This document shows, piece after piece, positions 1-10,088 of a stretch of 64,000 nucleotides of DNA. Origin of the DNA: Deltaproteobacteria bacterium (lineage in GTDB: Bacteria; Desulfobacterota; Syntrophia; Syntrophales; UBA2210); assembly GCA_016933215.1 (NCBI GenBank), contig JAFGBH010000079.1, positions 7,318 through 71,317 of the forward strand, given 5' to 3'. The notes beneath the pieces were generated by a model, which worked only from the letters and a program-made list of their open reading frames with translations, did not search any database and had not been told where the DNA came from. How positions within the stretch are numbered: position 1 is the first letter of the stretch; the number at the start of each line of letters is the position of its first letter. The position numbers and the translations under genes were made by a program.

Positions 1-2
1 TT

Positions 3-527
3 GCCCTTATCACTGTTTTTTATGTATCGAGGCTCGTCAGAACGAGCTACGGAATGGCCATGAAGGCCGTTAAATATGACGAAGCAGCCGCGGAAGCTGT
101 TGGTATCAACGCCTTCCGGCACAAAATGCTGGCCTTCACCTCGAGCGCCTTTTTCGAAGGAATCGGCGGCGGACTCCTGGCCCATCTTATTACCACGATA
201 TCGCCCACACTCTTTACCTTTTTCCTTACCTTTAATCTCCTCATTATGATTGTGGTCGGAGGACTGGGGAGTACTACGGGGGCCATTATTGCCGCCATAC
301 TTGTTACATGGGGCGGAGAATTCCTGCGGTTTGTCGAAGAACCGATCAACATATTCTTTATACATATTCCTGCGGTACCCGGTATGCGCATGGTAATCTT
401 TTCCCTTCTTCTCGTCTTAATGATGATATTTGCCCGTCACGGCATCATGGGAACACGGGAATTTTCATGGAACTGGGTCGTCGATAGAATGAACGGGCTA
501 AAATTCTTACTGAGGAACAGGGGCTGA
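3..527 (+). CDS. livM: Branched-chain amino acid ABC transporter permease, C-terminal part (5' end outside window)
   Basis: Frame is open from the window edge. The sequence ...RLVRTSYGMAMKAVKYDEAAAEAVGIN... plus a hydrophobic TM-rich tail is typical of LivM/HAAT permeases. Two ABC ATPases follow directly. Confidence 0.8.
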   Translation, partial: ALITVFYVSRLVRTSYGMAMKAVKYDEAAAEAVGINAFRHKMLAFTSSAFFEGIGGGLLAHLITTISPTLFTFFLTFNLLIMIVVGGLGSTTGAIIAAILVTWGGEFLRFVEEPINIFFIHIPAVPGMRMVIFSLLLVLMMIFARHGIMGTREFSWNWVVDRMNGLKFLLRNRG

Positions 528-1288
528 TGGATTTTTTCGCAGCTAAAAACCTAACGATGAAATTCGGTGGTCTCGTAGCCGTCAATGATTTCAATATTAC
601 CCTTAAAAGGGGCGAGATTGTCGGGCTTATCGGACCAAACGGGGCCGGAAAAACCACCGTATTCAATATGGTTGCGGGCTATTATGAACCAACGGAAGGA
701 ACGATAACCTTTTCTAAAAATATCATCAACGGAAAGAAGGCCAATGAGATTACGAAACTTGGCATTGCTCGGACCTTTCAGAACATTCGCCTCTTTACCG
801 AGCTTTCCGTGATAGAAAATGTCATGATCGCCTATCACTGTCGAGTCAAGTCAACCTTTCTGGGTGCAGTTTTGCGTTTTCCACTCTACAGGCGTGAAGA
901 AAAAATGATGCACGAAGGGGCCATGAATATCCTGGAGGAAGTGGGACTCGCCTCTCTTGCGAAAGAACGTTCCGATTCTCTTCCTTATGGACAGCAAAGG
1001 AGGCTGGAGATTGCCCGGGCACTCGCCACGGGACCCGAACTACTCCTCCTCGATGAGCCGGCGGCGGGAATGAATCCTCAGGAAACTCAGGACCTGGTCG
1101 ATCTTGTGATACGCATACGAGACAATCACGGTCTTACCGTCTTTCTAATAGAACATGACATGAAGTTCGTTATGCAGATATGCGAGAGAATGAAGGTGAT
1201 CGATTACGGGACGACAATAGCCGAAGGAACTCCCGAAGAGATACAGAACAACGAAAGAGTCATAAAGGCGTATTTAGGAGAGGCATAA
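527..1288 (+). CDS. livG: Branched-chain amino acid ABC transporter ATP-binding protein
   Basis: Walker A GPNGAGKTT, signature LPYGQQRRLEIARAL and Walker B LLLLDEPAAG. The start overlaps the livM stop. Confidence 0.9.
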   Translation: MDFFAAKNLTMKFGGLVAVNDFNITLKRGEIVGLIGPNGAGKTTVFNMVAGYYEPTEGTITFSKNIINGKKANEITKLGIARTFQNIRLFTELSVIENVMIAYHCRVKSTFLGAVLRFPLYRREEKMMHEGAMNILEEVGLASLAKERSDSLPYGQQRRLEIARALATGPELLLLDEPAAGMNPQETQDLVDLVIRIRDNHGLTVFLIEHDMKFVMQICERMKVIDYGTTIAEGTPEEIQNNERVIKAYLGEA

Positions 1289-1289
1289 G

Positions 1290-2000
1290 TTGCTTAAGAT
1301 TAGGGATCTTAACGTACATTACGGCGGTATTCATGCACTGAAGGGTGTGACCCTTGATGTACCGGAAAGCAAGATAATCACCCTTGTGGGCGCGAACGGT
1401 GCGGGAAAGAGCACCCTTCTACGGACAATCAGCGCCCTCGTCACTGCCACCAGCGGATCGATAAAATTTACGGGCCATGAAATACTTGGAATGGAGAGTC
1501 ATGATATCGTTCAGGATGGTATCGCCATGGCGCCTGAAGGTCGTAAGGTCTTTGTCAATCTCAGCGTGTCCGATAATCTCCTTATGGGAGCCTACAATAG
1601 AAAAAATGCGGGAGAAATCAAAACAGACATGGAATGGATTTATTCCATATTCCCCCGATTAGAGGAGAGAATGTCTCAGCAGGCAGGGACCCTTTCCGGA
1701 GGCGAGCAGCAGATGCTCGCTGTTGGTCGCGCCCTGATGTCCCGTCCCAAACTCCTCATGCTTGATGAGCCCTCATTAGGCCTTGCACCGCTTCTCATAA
1801 GCGAAGTCTTCAGGGTGATAGGACAGATACACGATGAGGGAACCACGATCCTGCTTATCGAACAGAACGCCATGGCAGCCCTTAATATAGCAGATTACGG
1901 GTATGTGATGGAAACGGGAAAGATCGTCCTCGAGGGAACGGGGAGGGACCTTTTAAATGATGAAAGAGTTAAAAAGGCCTACCTTGGAGAATCGATATAG
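1290..2000 (+). CDS. livF: Branched-chain amino acid ABC transporter ATP-binding protein
   Basis: Walker A GANGAGKST, LSGGEQQMLAVGRAL and LLMLDEPSLGL. TTG start just after the livG stop, with AGGAGAGG upstream. Confidence 0.9.
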   Translation: MLKIRDLNVHYGGIHALKGVTLDVPESKIITLVGANGAGKSTLLRTISALVTATSGSIKFTGHEILGMESHDIVQDGIAMAPEGRKVFVNLSVSDNLLMGAYNRKNAGEIKTDMEWIYSIFPRLEERMSQQAGTLSGGEQQMLAVGRALMSRPKLLMLDEPSLGLAPLLISEVFRVIGQIHDEGTTILLIEQNAMAALNIADYGYVMETGKIVLEGTGRDLLNDERVKKAYLGESI

Positions 2001-2035
2001 TATCGAAGATTACTATTCTTTCAATCACCGGTTAC

Positions 2036-3244
2036 TCAGCTTAGTTTCTCAAACGCTTCTTTAATCCGTGCAATTCCTTTTTCAATATTTTCCATTGATG
2101 TGGCATAGGAAAGCCTGACGTGATTATCATTTCCGAAGGCAACGCCCGGCACGACGGCAACATTTGCCTCATCAAGAAGATAAGCTGATAGGGAGGTTGA
2201 ATCTTCTACCTTTCTTCCCCCATAGGATCTTCCATAGACTGATGAAATGTCGGGGAAGACATAAAAGGCACCCAGAGGCTTCAAACAGGTAATTTCGGGA
2301 ATACTTTTCAGGCCATCGACAATACAGCTTCTCCTCTTTGCAAACTCTTGAACCATCGTTCTGGTTGCTTCCTGATCACTCCTGATGGCCTCTACCGCTG
2401 CCTTCTGAGAAATCGAAACAGGATTCGACGTGCTCTGACTCTGTATTTTTGCTATCTGAGAGATTATTTCTTCTGAGCCTGCGGCATATCCTATTCTCCA
2501 TCCGGTCATTGCATAGGATTTTGATACCCCGTTCACAACAATGGTCTTCTCTTTCATATCGTTGCTAACATTCGCTATATTTGAAAAGGAAAAGTCATCA
2601 TATATAATCTTTTCATAGATATCGTCTGAGATGATAACCACTTCCCTTCTCGAAAGCACCGAGGCAAGCTCCTCCAGTTCCGAAAAGGAATATGCCGCTC
2701 CGGTGGGATTTGAAGGACTATTAAGGATAAGTGCCTTTGTTTTTCCGGTTATCGCTTTTTCGAGTTGTCGAGCGGTTATCTTGAATCCATTATTTTTTTC
2801 GGCATATATAAACACCGGTGTCGCATTTGCAAGAAGAACGATATCGGGATAAGAAACCCAGTACGGTGCCGGAATAATGACTTCATCCCCGTTGTCGAAG
2901 AGCACCTGGGCAATGTTGTAGAGGGATTGCTTTGCGCCGCTGGATACAACTATTTCAGAACGCCTGTAGCTCAGGCGGTTCTCACGCCCCAATTTATCTG
3001 CAATCGTATCCTTGAGCTCATCCGTACCTCCTACAGGAGTATACTTTGTAAAACCCTTTTCTATGGCATCAATAGCCGCTTTTTTTATATGTAACGGTGT
3101 ATCAAAATCCGGCTCACCCGCACCAAATCCTATTACATCTTTCCCCTCGGCACGGAGGGCATTTGCCCTTGCCGTGATGGATAGTGTTGCCGAAGGTTTT
3201 ATTTTCGCTACCCGTTTGGCAAATTTCATATCTTTTCGTGACAC
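2036..3244 (-). CDS. Class I (aspartate/aromatic-type) PLP aminotransferase
   Basis: 402 aa with NSPSNPTG and SKSYAMTGWRIGY (PLP-lysine region), typical of AspB/AspC-type aminotransferases. Confidence 0.85.
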   Translation of the reverse strand: MSRKDMKFAKRVAKIKPSATLSITARANALRAEGKDVIGFGAGEPDFDTPLHIKKAAIDAIEKGFTKYTPVGGTDELKDTIADKLGRENRLSYRRSEIVVSSGAKQSLYNIAQVLFDNGDEVIIPAPYWVSYPDIVLLANATPVFIYAEKNNGFKITARQLEKAITGKTKALILNSPSNPTGAAYSFSELEELASVLSRREVVIISDDIYEKIIYDDFSFSNIANVSNDMKEKTIVVNGVSKSYAMTGWRIGYAAGSEEIISQIAKIQSQSTSNPVSISQKAAVEAIRSDQEATRTMVQEFAKRRSCIVDGLKSIPEITCLKPLGAFYVFPDISSVYGRSYGGRKVEDSTSLSAYLLDEANVAVVPGVAFGNDNHVRLSYATSMENIEKGIARIKEAFEKLS

Positions 3245-3248
3245 TCTT

Positions 3249-3746
3249 TCAGTTATTGTTCTTCATTGTAGGAAATTTGACCTTGAGTTTCTTCAGCACG
3301 GAATCGGGCACCATTCCCTTAACGGACCCTCCAAGGCTGGCCGCCTCTTTTATAATTCTGGAATTGCAATAAAACCACTTGGAGCCCGTCATCAGGAAGA
3401 CCGTCTCAACCCTTCTATCAAGCCGTCTGTTCATTAACGCAAGCTGGAACTCATATTCGAAGTCTGACATGGCCCTCAATCCCCTCAATATGCAGCAGGC
3501 TTCAGAGTCTTTCACGTAATCGATGAGAAGTCCCGAATAACTATCTACCGTCAGCCTCTTGTCATCACCGATCACGCCTCTGATAAGCTCCGTCCTCTCC
3601 TCGACACTGAAAAGTGACGATTTGTTTGGATTAAATCCGATGAGTATTATGAGATTGTCAAAGATTCCTAATCCCCTCTTTATGATATCGATGTGACCGT
3701 TGGTAATCGGATCGAATGAACCCGGATATACAGCCGTCTTACCCAT
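3249..3746 (-). CDS. coaD: Phosphopantetheine adenylyltransferase
   Basis: AVYPGSFDPITNGHIDII nucleotidyltransferase motif; 165 aa. Confidence 0.92.
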   Translation of the reverse strand: MGKTAVYPGSFDPITNGHIDIIKRGLGIFDNLIILIGFNPNKSSLFSVEERTELIRGVIGDDKRLTVDSYSGLLIDYVKDSEACCILRGLRAMSDFEYEFQLALMNRRLDRRVETVFLMTGSKWFYCNSRIIKEAASLGGSVKGMVPDSVLKKLKVKFPTMKNNN

Positions 3747-3760
3747 TTTCCCTCTCCTTA

Positions 3761-4306
3761 TCAGTTTGGTTGTAAAAAAGAGATTACCGTATCGCCATAC
3801 TTTCTCTGGTCGGTTACAACAAAATCATCATTACCACAACACTCCTCATTTGAAGAGTGTTCCATAACAAGAATTCCATTCTTCGACGTTATCCGGTGCG
3901 CACCCAAGATACCGAGTGTTTTCTCAATCAAACCCTTTTCATAGGGAGGGTCTGCAAAGATAATATCAAAGCATTTATCCCTCATCGATAACAGTTCAAT
4001 ACCCTTTTTGACCGTCTTTGGCACTATTTCAAAACCGCTTTCAAATCCGCAGAGGTCAATATTTTTTTTAATTGTCCCCGCATGAAGCCTTGCCACCTCC
4101 ACAAAAAAAACAGGTTTTGCGCCCCTGCTCATGGCCTCGATGCCGACGTTGCCCGTACCGGCAAAAAGATCGAGAAAGGATCTGCCTTCCAGGGGTTGGA
4201 GAATATTGAAGATCGATTCCTTGACCCTGTCGGCAGTTATCCTGATACTGCTTCCCTTCGGCACAAGAAGCCTTCTTCCCCTCGAATGTCCCCCGACTAC
4301 TCTCAT
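3761..4306 (-). CDS. rsmD: 16S rRNA (guanine966-N2)-methyltransferase
   Basis: SAM motif DLFAGTGNVGIEAMSRGA and ADPPY catalytic motif. The conserved rsmD-coaD pairing is present. Confidence 0.85.
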   Translation of the reverse strand: MRVVGGHSRGRRLLVPKGSSIRITADRVKESIFNILQPLEGRSFLDLFAGTGNVGIEAMSRGAKPVFFVEVARLHAGTIKKNIDLCGFESGFEIVPKTVKKGIELLSMRDKCFDIIFADPPYEKGLIEKTLGILGAHRITSKNGILVMEHSSNEECCGNDDFVVTDQRKYGDTVISFLQPN

Positions 4307-4311
4307 AACGA

Positions 4312-5331
4312 CTACTGCAAATAATCCTTCATGAGGATTTCCGCTATCTGAATCGTATTCAGGGCAGCCCCTTTTCGTATATTATCCGACACCACCCATA
4401 TATTCAAACCATTCGGTATCGATTCGTCTTCCCGTATTCTGCCGACAAAGGTATCATCCTTTCCCGCTGCCTCACTGGGAAGGGGATAGAGACATTCTTC
4501 CGGACTATCCAGCACTGTGACGCCGGGCGCCTTGGAAAGAATCTCCCGTGCCTCGGAGACGGTAATCTTTCGTTCCGTTTCAATGTTGACCGCTTCAGAA
4601 TGACCATAGAACACGGGCACCCGTACCGTCGTCGCCGTCACCGCTATGGAAGGATCACCCATGATCTTTTTGGTCTCATTCACCATTTTCATTTCTTCCT
4701 TTGTGTACCCGTTGTCGAGAAAGACATCGATATGGGGAAGACAGTTAAAGGCGATTCTGTGCGGATACACCTCAATTTCAGGGTCCTTCATATTGAGGAG
4801 GGCTTTTGTCTGCCCGACCAGTTCCTCTACGGCGTTTTTCCCCGTTCCCGATACCGCCTGATAGGTGGAGACCACAATTCTCTTTATTCCCACCGCATCA
4901 TAAATCGGCTTCAATGCCACCACCATCTGAATCGTTGAACAGTTAGGATTTGCAATGATGCCCTTATTCTTATACAGACCGATCGCATCGGGATTTACCT
5001 CGGGAACAACAAGCGGGCATTCGGGATCCATTCTGAAGGCACTCGTGTTATCTATGACGATACACCCGGCCCGAGCGGCAATGGGTGCGAATTTTTCACT
5101 GATACTTCCCCCCGCTGAAAAAAGTCCTATCTCTACTCCTCCAAACGAATCCTCATCCAATACTTCAACGGGGCAGTCCTTTCCCCTGAATTGCAGTTCC
5201 TTTCCCAGTGAACGCTCCGACGCAAGAAGTTTTAATTCCCTTATGGGGAAATTCCTCTCCTCCAGGATTTTTATCATCTCGCCGCCGACGAGGCCCGTTG
5301 CCCCAACAACTGCTACAGTAAAATCTCTCAT
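4312..5331 (-). CDS. asd: Aspartate-semialdehyde dehydrogenase
   Basis: VAVVGATGLVGGEM Rossmann motif and NPNCSTIQMV active-site Cys. I prefer the internal start MRDFTVAVVG (5331) over the 18-codon upstream extension in the ORF track. Confidence 0.92.
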   Translation of the reverse strand: MRDFTVAVVGATGLVGGEMIKILEERNFPIRELKLLASERSLGKELQFRGKDCPVEVLDEDSFGGVEIGLFSAGGSISEKFAPIAARAGCIVIDNTSAFRMDPECPLVVPEVNPDAIGLYKNKGIIANPNCSTIQMVVALKPIYDAVGIKRIVVSTYQAVSGTGKNAVEELVGQTKALLNMKDPEIEVYPHRIAFNCLPHIDVFLDNGYTKEEMKMVNETKKIMGDPSIAVTATTVRVPVFYGHSEAVNIETERKITVSEAREILSKAPGVTVLDSPEECLYPLPSEAAGKDDTFVGRIREDESIPNGLNIWVVSDNIRKGAALNTIQIAEILMKDYLQ

Positions 5332-5424
5332 GAATTTTTTCTTCCTCTTCTCTATAGTTACGACAACCACGTCACAAAGCCACAAGTCTCCCTGTGGCCC
5401 TGACAGATTTTGATGAGAAAATTA

Positions 5425-6204
5425 TCATATCTCGTGATGTTCGTATTTTTCCTTATCCACCCCCCGGTGCCGAATCCTTTTCACAAACTTGGCCACCTGC
5501 CAGACCGGGCCGGAAATGCTGTACGTTACCGCAACCGTGAACAACATAACCTGCGGCTCGAGGACAATGACAATAAATATCAGTATAATGAGAACGAAGG
5601 TCACAAAGGGTTTTCTTGAAAAGACATTCAGATCCTTGAAGCTGTAGTATTTTATATTGCTGACCATGAGGAGAGACAGGACTACAACGCCGAAGAGAAC
5701 AGAAGGATGGTTAATGGTTCCCTCACCTCCCAGATAGTAAAAAAGCAAAACAGACGTTGCGATAACGGCAGCAGCCCCGGGAATGGGCAGGCCGTTGAAT
5801 ACCTTGCTCTCGATTATCCCTATCTGGATATTAAATCTCGCGAGCCTCAGGGCACCACAGACGACAAAGAGAAATGCCGCAAGCCATCCGTATCTGCCGA
5901 AGGGCGATAAGGCCCATGAATAGGCAAGGATCGCAGGTGCCAAACCGAAGGCAACAAGATCGGAAAGAGAGTCGTACTCGGCCCCGAATTTACTCGTCGT
6001 ATTCGTAAATCTGGCTATCTTTCCGTCAAGGCCGTCAAAGAAAAACGCTATGATAATCGAGAGAGCGGCCCGTGAATAATCACCTTGCAACGACGCAATC
6101 ACTGAATAAAATCCGCAGAAGAGACTTGCCGTCGTGAAGAGATTCGGCAAAATGTAAATGCCTTTCTTCATGTGAGTCTGGTTAATCTTCGTCCTGTTTT
6201 TCAT
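5425..6204 (-). CDS. pssA: CDP-diacylglycerol--serine O-phosphatidyltransferase
   Basis: CDP-alcohol phosphatidyltransferase motif DGLDGKIARFTNTTSKFGAEYDSLSDLV and multiple TM segments. ATGA overlap with the psd stop. Confidence 0.85.
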   Translation of the reverse strand: MKNRTKINQTHMKKGIYILPNLFTTASLFCGFYSVIASLQGDYSRAALSIIIAFFFDGLDGKIARFTNTTSKFGAEYDSLSDLVAFGLAPAILAYSWALSPFGRYGWLAAFLFVVCGALRLARFNIQIGIIESKVFNGLPIPGAAAVIATSVLLFYYLGGEGTINHPSVLFGVVVLSLLMVSNIKYYSFKDLNVFSRKPFVTFVLIILIFIVIVLEPQVMLFTVAVTYSISGPVWQVAKFVKRIRHRGVDKEKYEHHEI

Positions 6205-6845
6205 TTAAAACACCCTATCCTCGTCTCGCCGGCCTTCACCCTTTCCCCGCGCTTCACGAGTACTTCAGCTTCGAGAGGCAGAAAGACCTCCAGCCTGGAA
6301 CCGAACCGTATGAGACCGAAACGCTCTCCCTGTATTGCCTCCATTCCCTTTTCTATCCAGCAGACGATCCTTCGTGCTATAAGTCCCGCTATCTGTATAG
6401 TAAGAATCTCCTTTTTGTCGTCTGTTTCAACGAGAACGGCATTGCTTTCATTAAGTTCAGATGCCTTGTCGAGATTGGCCGAAAAAAACTTGCCCTTCCG
6501 ATAGCGAATATCCTTGACACGGCCGGAACATGGCATCCTGTTTACATGGACATTAAAGACACTCATAAAGATGCTGATCTTTTTGTACCTCCCGTTGAGC
6601 ATATCGTTTCCGTCCACTTCCTCTATCTTGAGAACCCTGCCGTCTGCCGGTGAAAGTACGGACTTAACGTCTTCAGGGATTTTCCTCTCGGGATTTCGAA
6701 AGAACCAGAGGACGAATAAAGCGGCTGCAGAGAAAAACCCGCCAAGCCATGAGTTATGAAAGGCATAGGATACTACCGACAGGGCGGCGAGGGGTACAAA
6801 AAAAACGAGTCCTTCAAGGACAATGGGGCTCTTTTTATAATTCAT
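6201..6845 (-). CDS. psd: Phosphatidylserine decarboxylase proenzyme (short type)
   Basis: The short PSD family features an N-terminal TM and FGSRLEVFLP (Gly-Ser self-cleavage region). The start MNYKKSPIVLEG (6845) avoids overlap with the upstream DUF465 ORF. Confidence 0.8.
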   Translation of the reverse strand: MNYKKSPIVLEGLVFFVPLAALSVVSYAFHNSWLGGFFSAAALFVLWFFRNPERKIPEDVKSVLSPADGRVLKIEEVDGNDMLNGRYKKISIFMSVFNVHVNRMPCSGRVKDIRYRKGKFFSANLDKASELNESNAVLVETDDKKEILTIQIAGLIARRIVCWIEKGMEAIQGERFGLIRFGSRLEVFLPLEAEVLVKRGERVKAGETRIGCFK

Positions 6846-6876
6846 TGGCTGGTAACCACGTAACTCTCTAAGAATT

Positions 6877-7101
6877 CTACGAATCTTTATACCTAGAGAG
6901 GATTTCATATATTTTTTCTTTGCCTATCAGCTTTTTTTTCTGCAGGGTTTTCTTTTCTATCTCTTCATCCGGTGTAAGATAGACCTTGCTGTTCAGACCC
7001 TCCAGGATTTCCTCATATTTTGCGTGTTGTTCCACATACTTTCTGAGTTCTTCATCCTGACCAATATATTGTGCAATGAGCTCTTTTTCGTTTTCTTCCA
7101 T
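6877..7101 (-). CDS. DUF465/YdcH-like small coiled-coil protein
   Basis: 74 aa, charged coiled-coil, with ...LTPDEEIEKKTLQKKKLIGKEKI... resembling the DUF465 pattern. Confidence 0.55.
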   Translation of the reverse strand: MEENEKELIAQYIGQDEELRKYVEQHAKYEEILEGLNSKVYLTPDEEIEKKTLQKKKLIGKEKIYEILSRYKDS

Positions 7102-7167
7102 GAATCACAAACCTCCAAAGGAAACTTTATATAGTAGATATAGAAAACTATGTCAATAAGCTATGAA

Positions 7168-7851
7168 TCATCTCTTCATTTCCGCATAGGATGGACGAAG
7201 ATACCGGGGCTTCAGTAAAGCTGTGTCAATAAAATCTCCTCTTTTGAACTTATGCATGCCCAGAAGACCGGCAGTTCCCGCCCGTATATCGCTCTGACAT
7301 GGGGGAAGAAAAAAAGATCGTTTCGGCATTATTTTTCTTATGAGGTCTTCGTATCGTATCGCCCCATCGCCTAAAAAGACAATATCCCCCTTGAGATCTT
7401 TCAAAAACTCGGCCGGTGTTACCGCCCTTTCATCGCCTGTCTTTTCAGGATATTTTGCTTCACCGTTAAATCGATAGAGCGCCGTATAGACCTCATCTCT
7501 TTTTGCATCTATCATGGGACAGACCGTTTTGAACGAGTCGGGAACATTCATTGCGAGCGTTTCAAGGGTGGAGACGCCGATAAGGGGCTTTTCAAGGGCA
7601 AAAGCCAGGCCCTTTAACGCACTGACCCCCACCCGTATACCGGTAAACGATCCGGGTCCCACCGTAGTGACGAAGAGATCAACCTCCTCAATTCTCCTCT
7701 TTATCATGGAAAGCAGCCCCTCAATCGCATGCACAATCGTCTCTCCATGTTTCTTTTCAGTATTTACCATAACCTCGGCACGGACGGTCTCCTCTTCGAG
7801 AAGGGCAAAATGTGCTTTTTTTGTTGATGTATCCGATGCAAGAACAAACAT
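7168..7851 (-). CDS. tsaB: tRNA t6A37 biosynthesis protein TsaB (YeaZ)
   Basis: 227 aa with TVGPGSFTGIRVGVSALKGLA, typical of TsaB. Confidence 0.85.
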   Translation of the reverse strand: MFVLASDTSTKKAHFALLEEETVRAEVMVNTEKKHGETIVHAIEGLLSMIKRRIEEVDLFVTTVGPGSFTGIRVGVSALKGLAFALEKPLIGVSTLETLAMNVPDSFKTVCPMIDAKRDEVYTALYRFNGEAKYPEKTGDERAVTPAEFLKDLKGDIVFLGDGAIRYEDLIRKIMPKRSFFLPPCQSDIRAGTAGLLGMHKFKRGDFIDTALLKPRYLRPSYAEMKR

Positions 7852-7854
7852 ATC

Positions 7855-8919
7855 CTACCATCCAAATATCCTTACGATGTCATTCCAGAAGACGAATATC
7901 ATAAGCATCATGAGGAGAAAAAACCCCACCTGCTGCGCCATCTCCCGCCACCTTATATTGACCTCCTTGCCTGTCGCAGCCTCGATAAGAAAAAACATGA
8001 GATGGCCCCCATCCAGAACGGGGATCGGCAAAAGATTAAGGACTCCAAGATTAATGCTCAGAAAGGCCATGAAAAAGACAAAGGGAATGAGACCCTGCTT
8101 GGCAAATTCACCCGACATTTTTGCTATAAGAATGGGGCCTCCCAACTCGCGAGGAGATACAACTCCTTCAATTATTTTATATATTCCGACTACGACAAGT
8201 GTTGTCACCGACCATGTCTGTCCAATCCCCTGAAGAACCGCTTCAAAGGGATTAAATCGTTTCACCACCATTTCCTGGGAAGAGCTTATGCCGACCTGAT
8301 AGGCCTCAACCTCTTCTCCAAAGACATTGAGCCCTTTTGTCTTCTCGGGCACCACACCGATATGGAGAATTTTGGCTCCTCTTTCTATCTCAAATTCCAG
8401 TTCCCTTCCTTTGCTGTCCCGTATTATATCCGCCAGCTCAGACCACAGTTCTATCTTATCCCCGTCGATCGCGAGTATCCTGTCGCCCTTCTCGATCCCC
8501 GCTCTCATCGCGGCGGCCCCCTCCTGAACTCCCCCCACCTTCGACGTAAGCGAGGGAACACCGATTCCGAAGATCACGGAAAAAACCACAATAGCGAAGA
8601 CAAAATTAAAGAGCGGTCCTGCAATAACTATTGCCATTCTTTTCAATACATGCTGACGCAGAAATGACCGCTTTTCATCCTCGGGCCCTATCTCGTCCTC
8701 CTCTGATTCGCCGAGAAGCTTCACATATCCCCCAAGAGGAACAGCGGATACGAGGTATTCCGTTTCTCCCACGGTCTTCCCGATTATTTTGGGTCCAAAT
8801 CCAAGAGAGAATTTCAACACACCCACACCCGACAATTTGGCGACGAGGAAGTGACCGAGTTCATGAACGAAAATCAATACACCCAGAAGAATGATTACCG
8901 AGACAATGTTGATACCCAT
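7855..8919 (-). CDS. rseP: RIP site-2 zinc metalloprotease RseP
   Basis: HELGHFLVA (HExxH), a central PDZ-like region and NLLPIPVLDGGH. The internal start MGINIVSV forms a TGATG overlap with the dxr stop. Confidence 0.9.
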   Translation of the reverse strand: MGINIVSVIILLGVLIFVHELGHFLVAKLSGVGVLKFSLGFGPKIIGKTVGETEYLVSAVPLGGYVKLLGESEEDEIGPEDEKRSFLRQHVLKRMAIVIAGPLFNFVFAIVVFSVIFGIGVPSLTSKVGGVQEGAAAMRAGIEKGDRILAIDGDKIELWSELADIIRDSKGRELEFEIERGAKILHIGVVPEKTKGLNVFGEEVEAYQVGISSSQEMVVKRFNPFEAVLQGIGQTWSVTTLVVVGIYKIIEGVVSPRELGGPILIAKMSGEFAKQGLIPFVFFMAFLSINLGVLNLLPIPVLDGGHLMFFLIEAATGKEVNIRWREMAQQVGFFLLMMLMIFVFWNDIVRIFGW

Positions 8920-10088
8920 CAGGATCCTTCCTTGCTGTCTTTGATTATTTTTTGCGCCTTTGCTCTTCCCCACTCATCTGCCCTGAGGACATCATCAAGT
9001 GATTCAGGCTCAAATGGCACATGAAGATCAAGCGTTTTTTCAACAACCCGCGGAATGTCGGTAAATCCGATCTCGCGGGAAAGAAAGGCCGCGACAGCTA
9101 CTTCGTTGGACGCGTTCAAAACGGCAGGCATCGACCCACCCCTTTTTACCGCCCCGTATGCAAGACCAATGCTCGGAAACATATCAAAATCGGGCGGGAA
9201 AAACTCTATCTTTTCAACCTCGGCAAGATTGAGAGCGGGTTCAACAACCTCTTCCCTTTCCGGATAGAAAAGGGCATACGATATGGGTCCCTTCATATCG
9301 GGTAGACCGAGCTGCGCAATCAAAGATCCGTCGCTATATTCAACCATGGAGTGAACGATGCTCTGAGGATGAACGATAATTTCGATTCTCTCTATATCGA
9401 CGCCGAAGAGCCACTTCGCCTCAATAACCTCAAGGCCCTTGTTCATCATCGTTGCCGAATCTATGGTAATCTTCTTCCCCATCTCCCACTTCGGATGTTT
9501 CAGGGCATCATCGGGGGTAACGGCTGAAAGTTTGTCTCTTTCCAGCTTAAAAAAAGGCCCTCCCGAGGCGGTGAGAATGATCCGCCTGATATCTTTTTTA
9601 TTGTGGCCTGAAATACACTGGAAAATCGCGCTGTGCTCGCTGTCAACGGGAATAATTTTTACTCCGCACGACAAAGCCGTCTCCACGACAAGCCTGCCCG
9701 CCATTACCATTGTTTCCTTGTTGGCGAGGGCTATTCCTTTTCCTGCCTCAATGGCATCAACTGTCGGCACGAGTCCCGCCGCACCCACAATCGCAGATAC
9801 AACCATATCGACTTCCCGGAGCGTCGCTGCCTCTCTTAATCCTTCAACGCCTGAGAGGATTTCGGTTTCACAGGACCTGCCCAGCATTTCCCTCAATTTG
9901 TCCGCATGCTTTTTATCAATAACGGATACAACCTTCGGGCCGAACTCTTCGATCTGATTTTTCAGAAGTGGTAGATTTCTCCCCGCTGAGAGGGCGGTAA
10001 CACTGAATTGAGTCTGATTTCTCCTTATTACATCTAAGGTGCTGGTTCCGATTGAACCGGTGGCCCCCAGAATGGATATATTTTTCAT
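8919..10088 (-). CDS. dxr: 1-deoxy-D-xylulose 5-phosphate reductoisomerase
   Basis: ILGATGSIGTSTLDV NADPH motif and full-length DXR-like sequence. Conserved cdsA-dxr-rseP order. Confidence 0.95.
   Translation of the reverse strand: MKNISILGATGSIGTSTLDVIRRNQTQFSVTALSAGRNLPLLKNQIEEFGPKVVSVIDKKHADKLREMLGRSCETEILSGVEGLREAATLREVDMVVSAIVGAAGLVPTVDAIEAGKGIALANKETMVMAGRLVVETALSCGVKIIPVDSEHSAIFQCISGHNKKDIRRIILTASGGPFFKLERDKLSAVTPDDALKHPKWEMGKKITIDSATMMNKGLEVIEAKWLFGVDIERIEIIVHPQSIVHSMVEYSDGSLIAQLGLPDMKGPISYALFYPEREEVVEPALNLAEVEKIEFFPPDFDMFPSIGLAYGAVKRGGSMPAVLNASNEVAVAAFLSREIGFTDIPRVVEKTLDLHVPFEPESLDDVLRADEWGRAKAQKIIKDSKEGS

Noticed and set aside
4312-5385. N-terminal extensions offered by the ORF track. 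Affected genes are asd, secA (to 18696), argJ (to 16163), rseP (to 8973), psd (to 6908), rpsB (to 14739), gcvH (from 40061), acyl-CoA ligase (from 59426), radC (from 62798), PilZ-1 (to 20451), PilZ-2 (from 46123) and the secreted protein (from 43323).
   Set aside because: The internal starts match family N-termini, have better RBS spacing, and remove overlaps with neighbouring genes.
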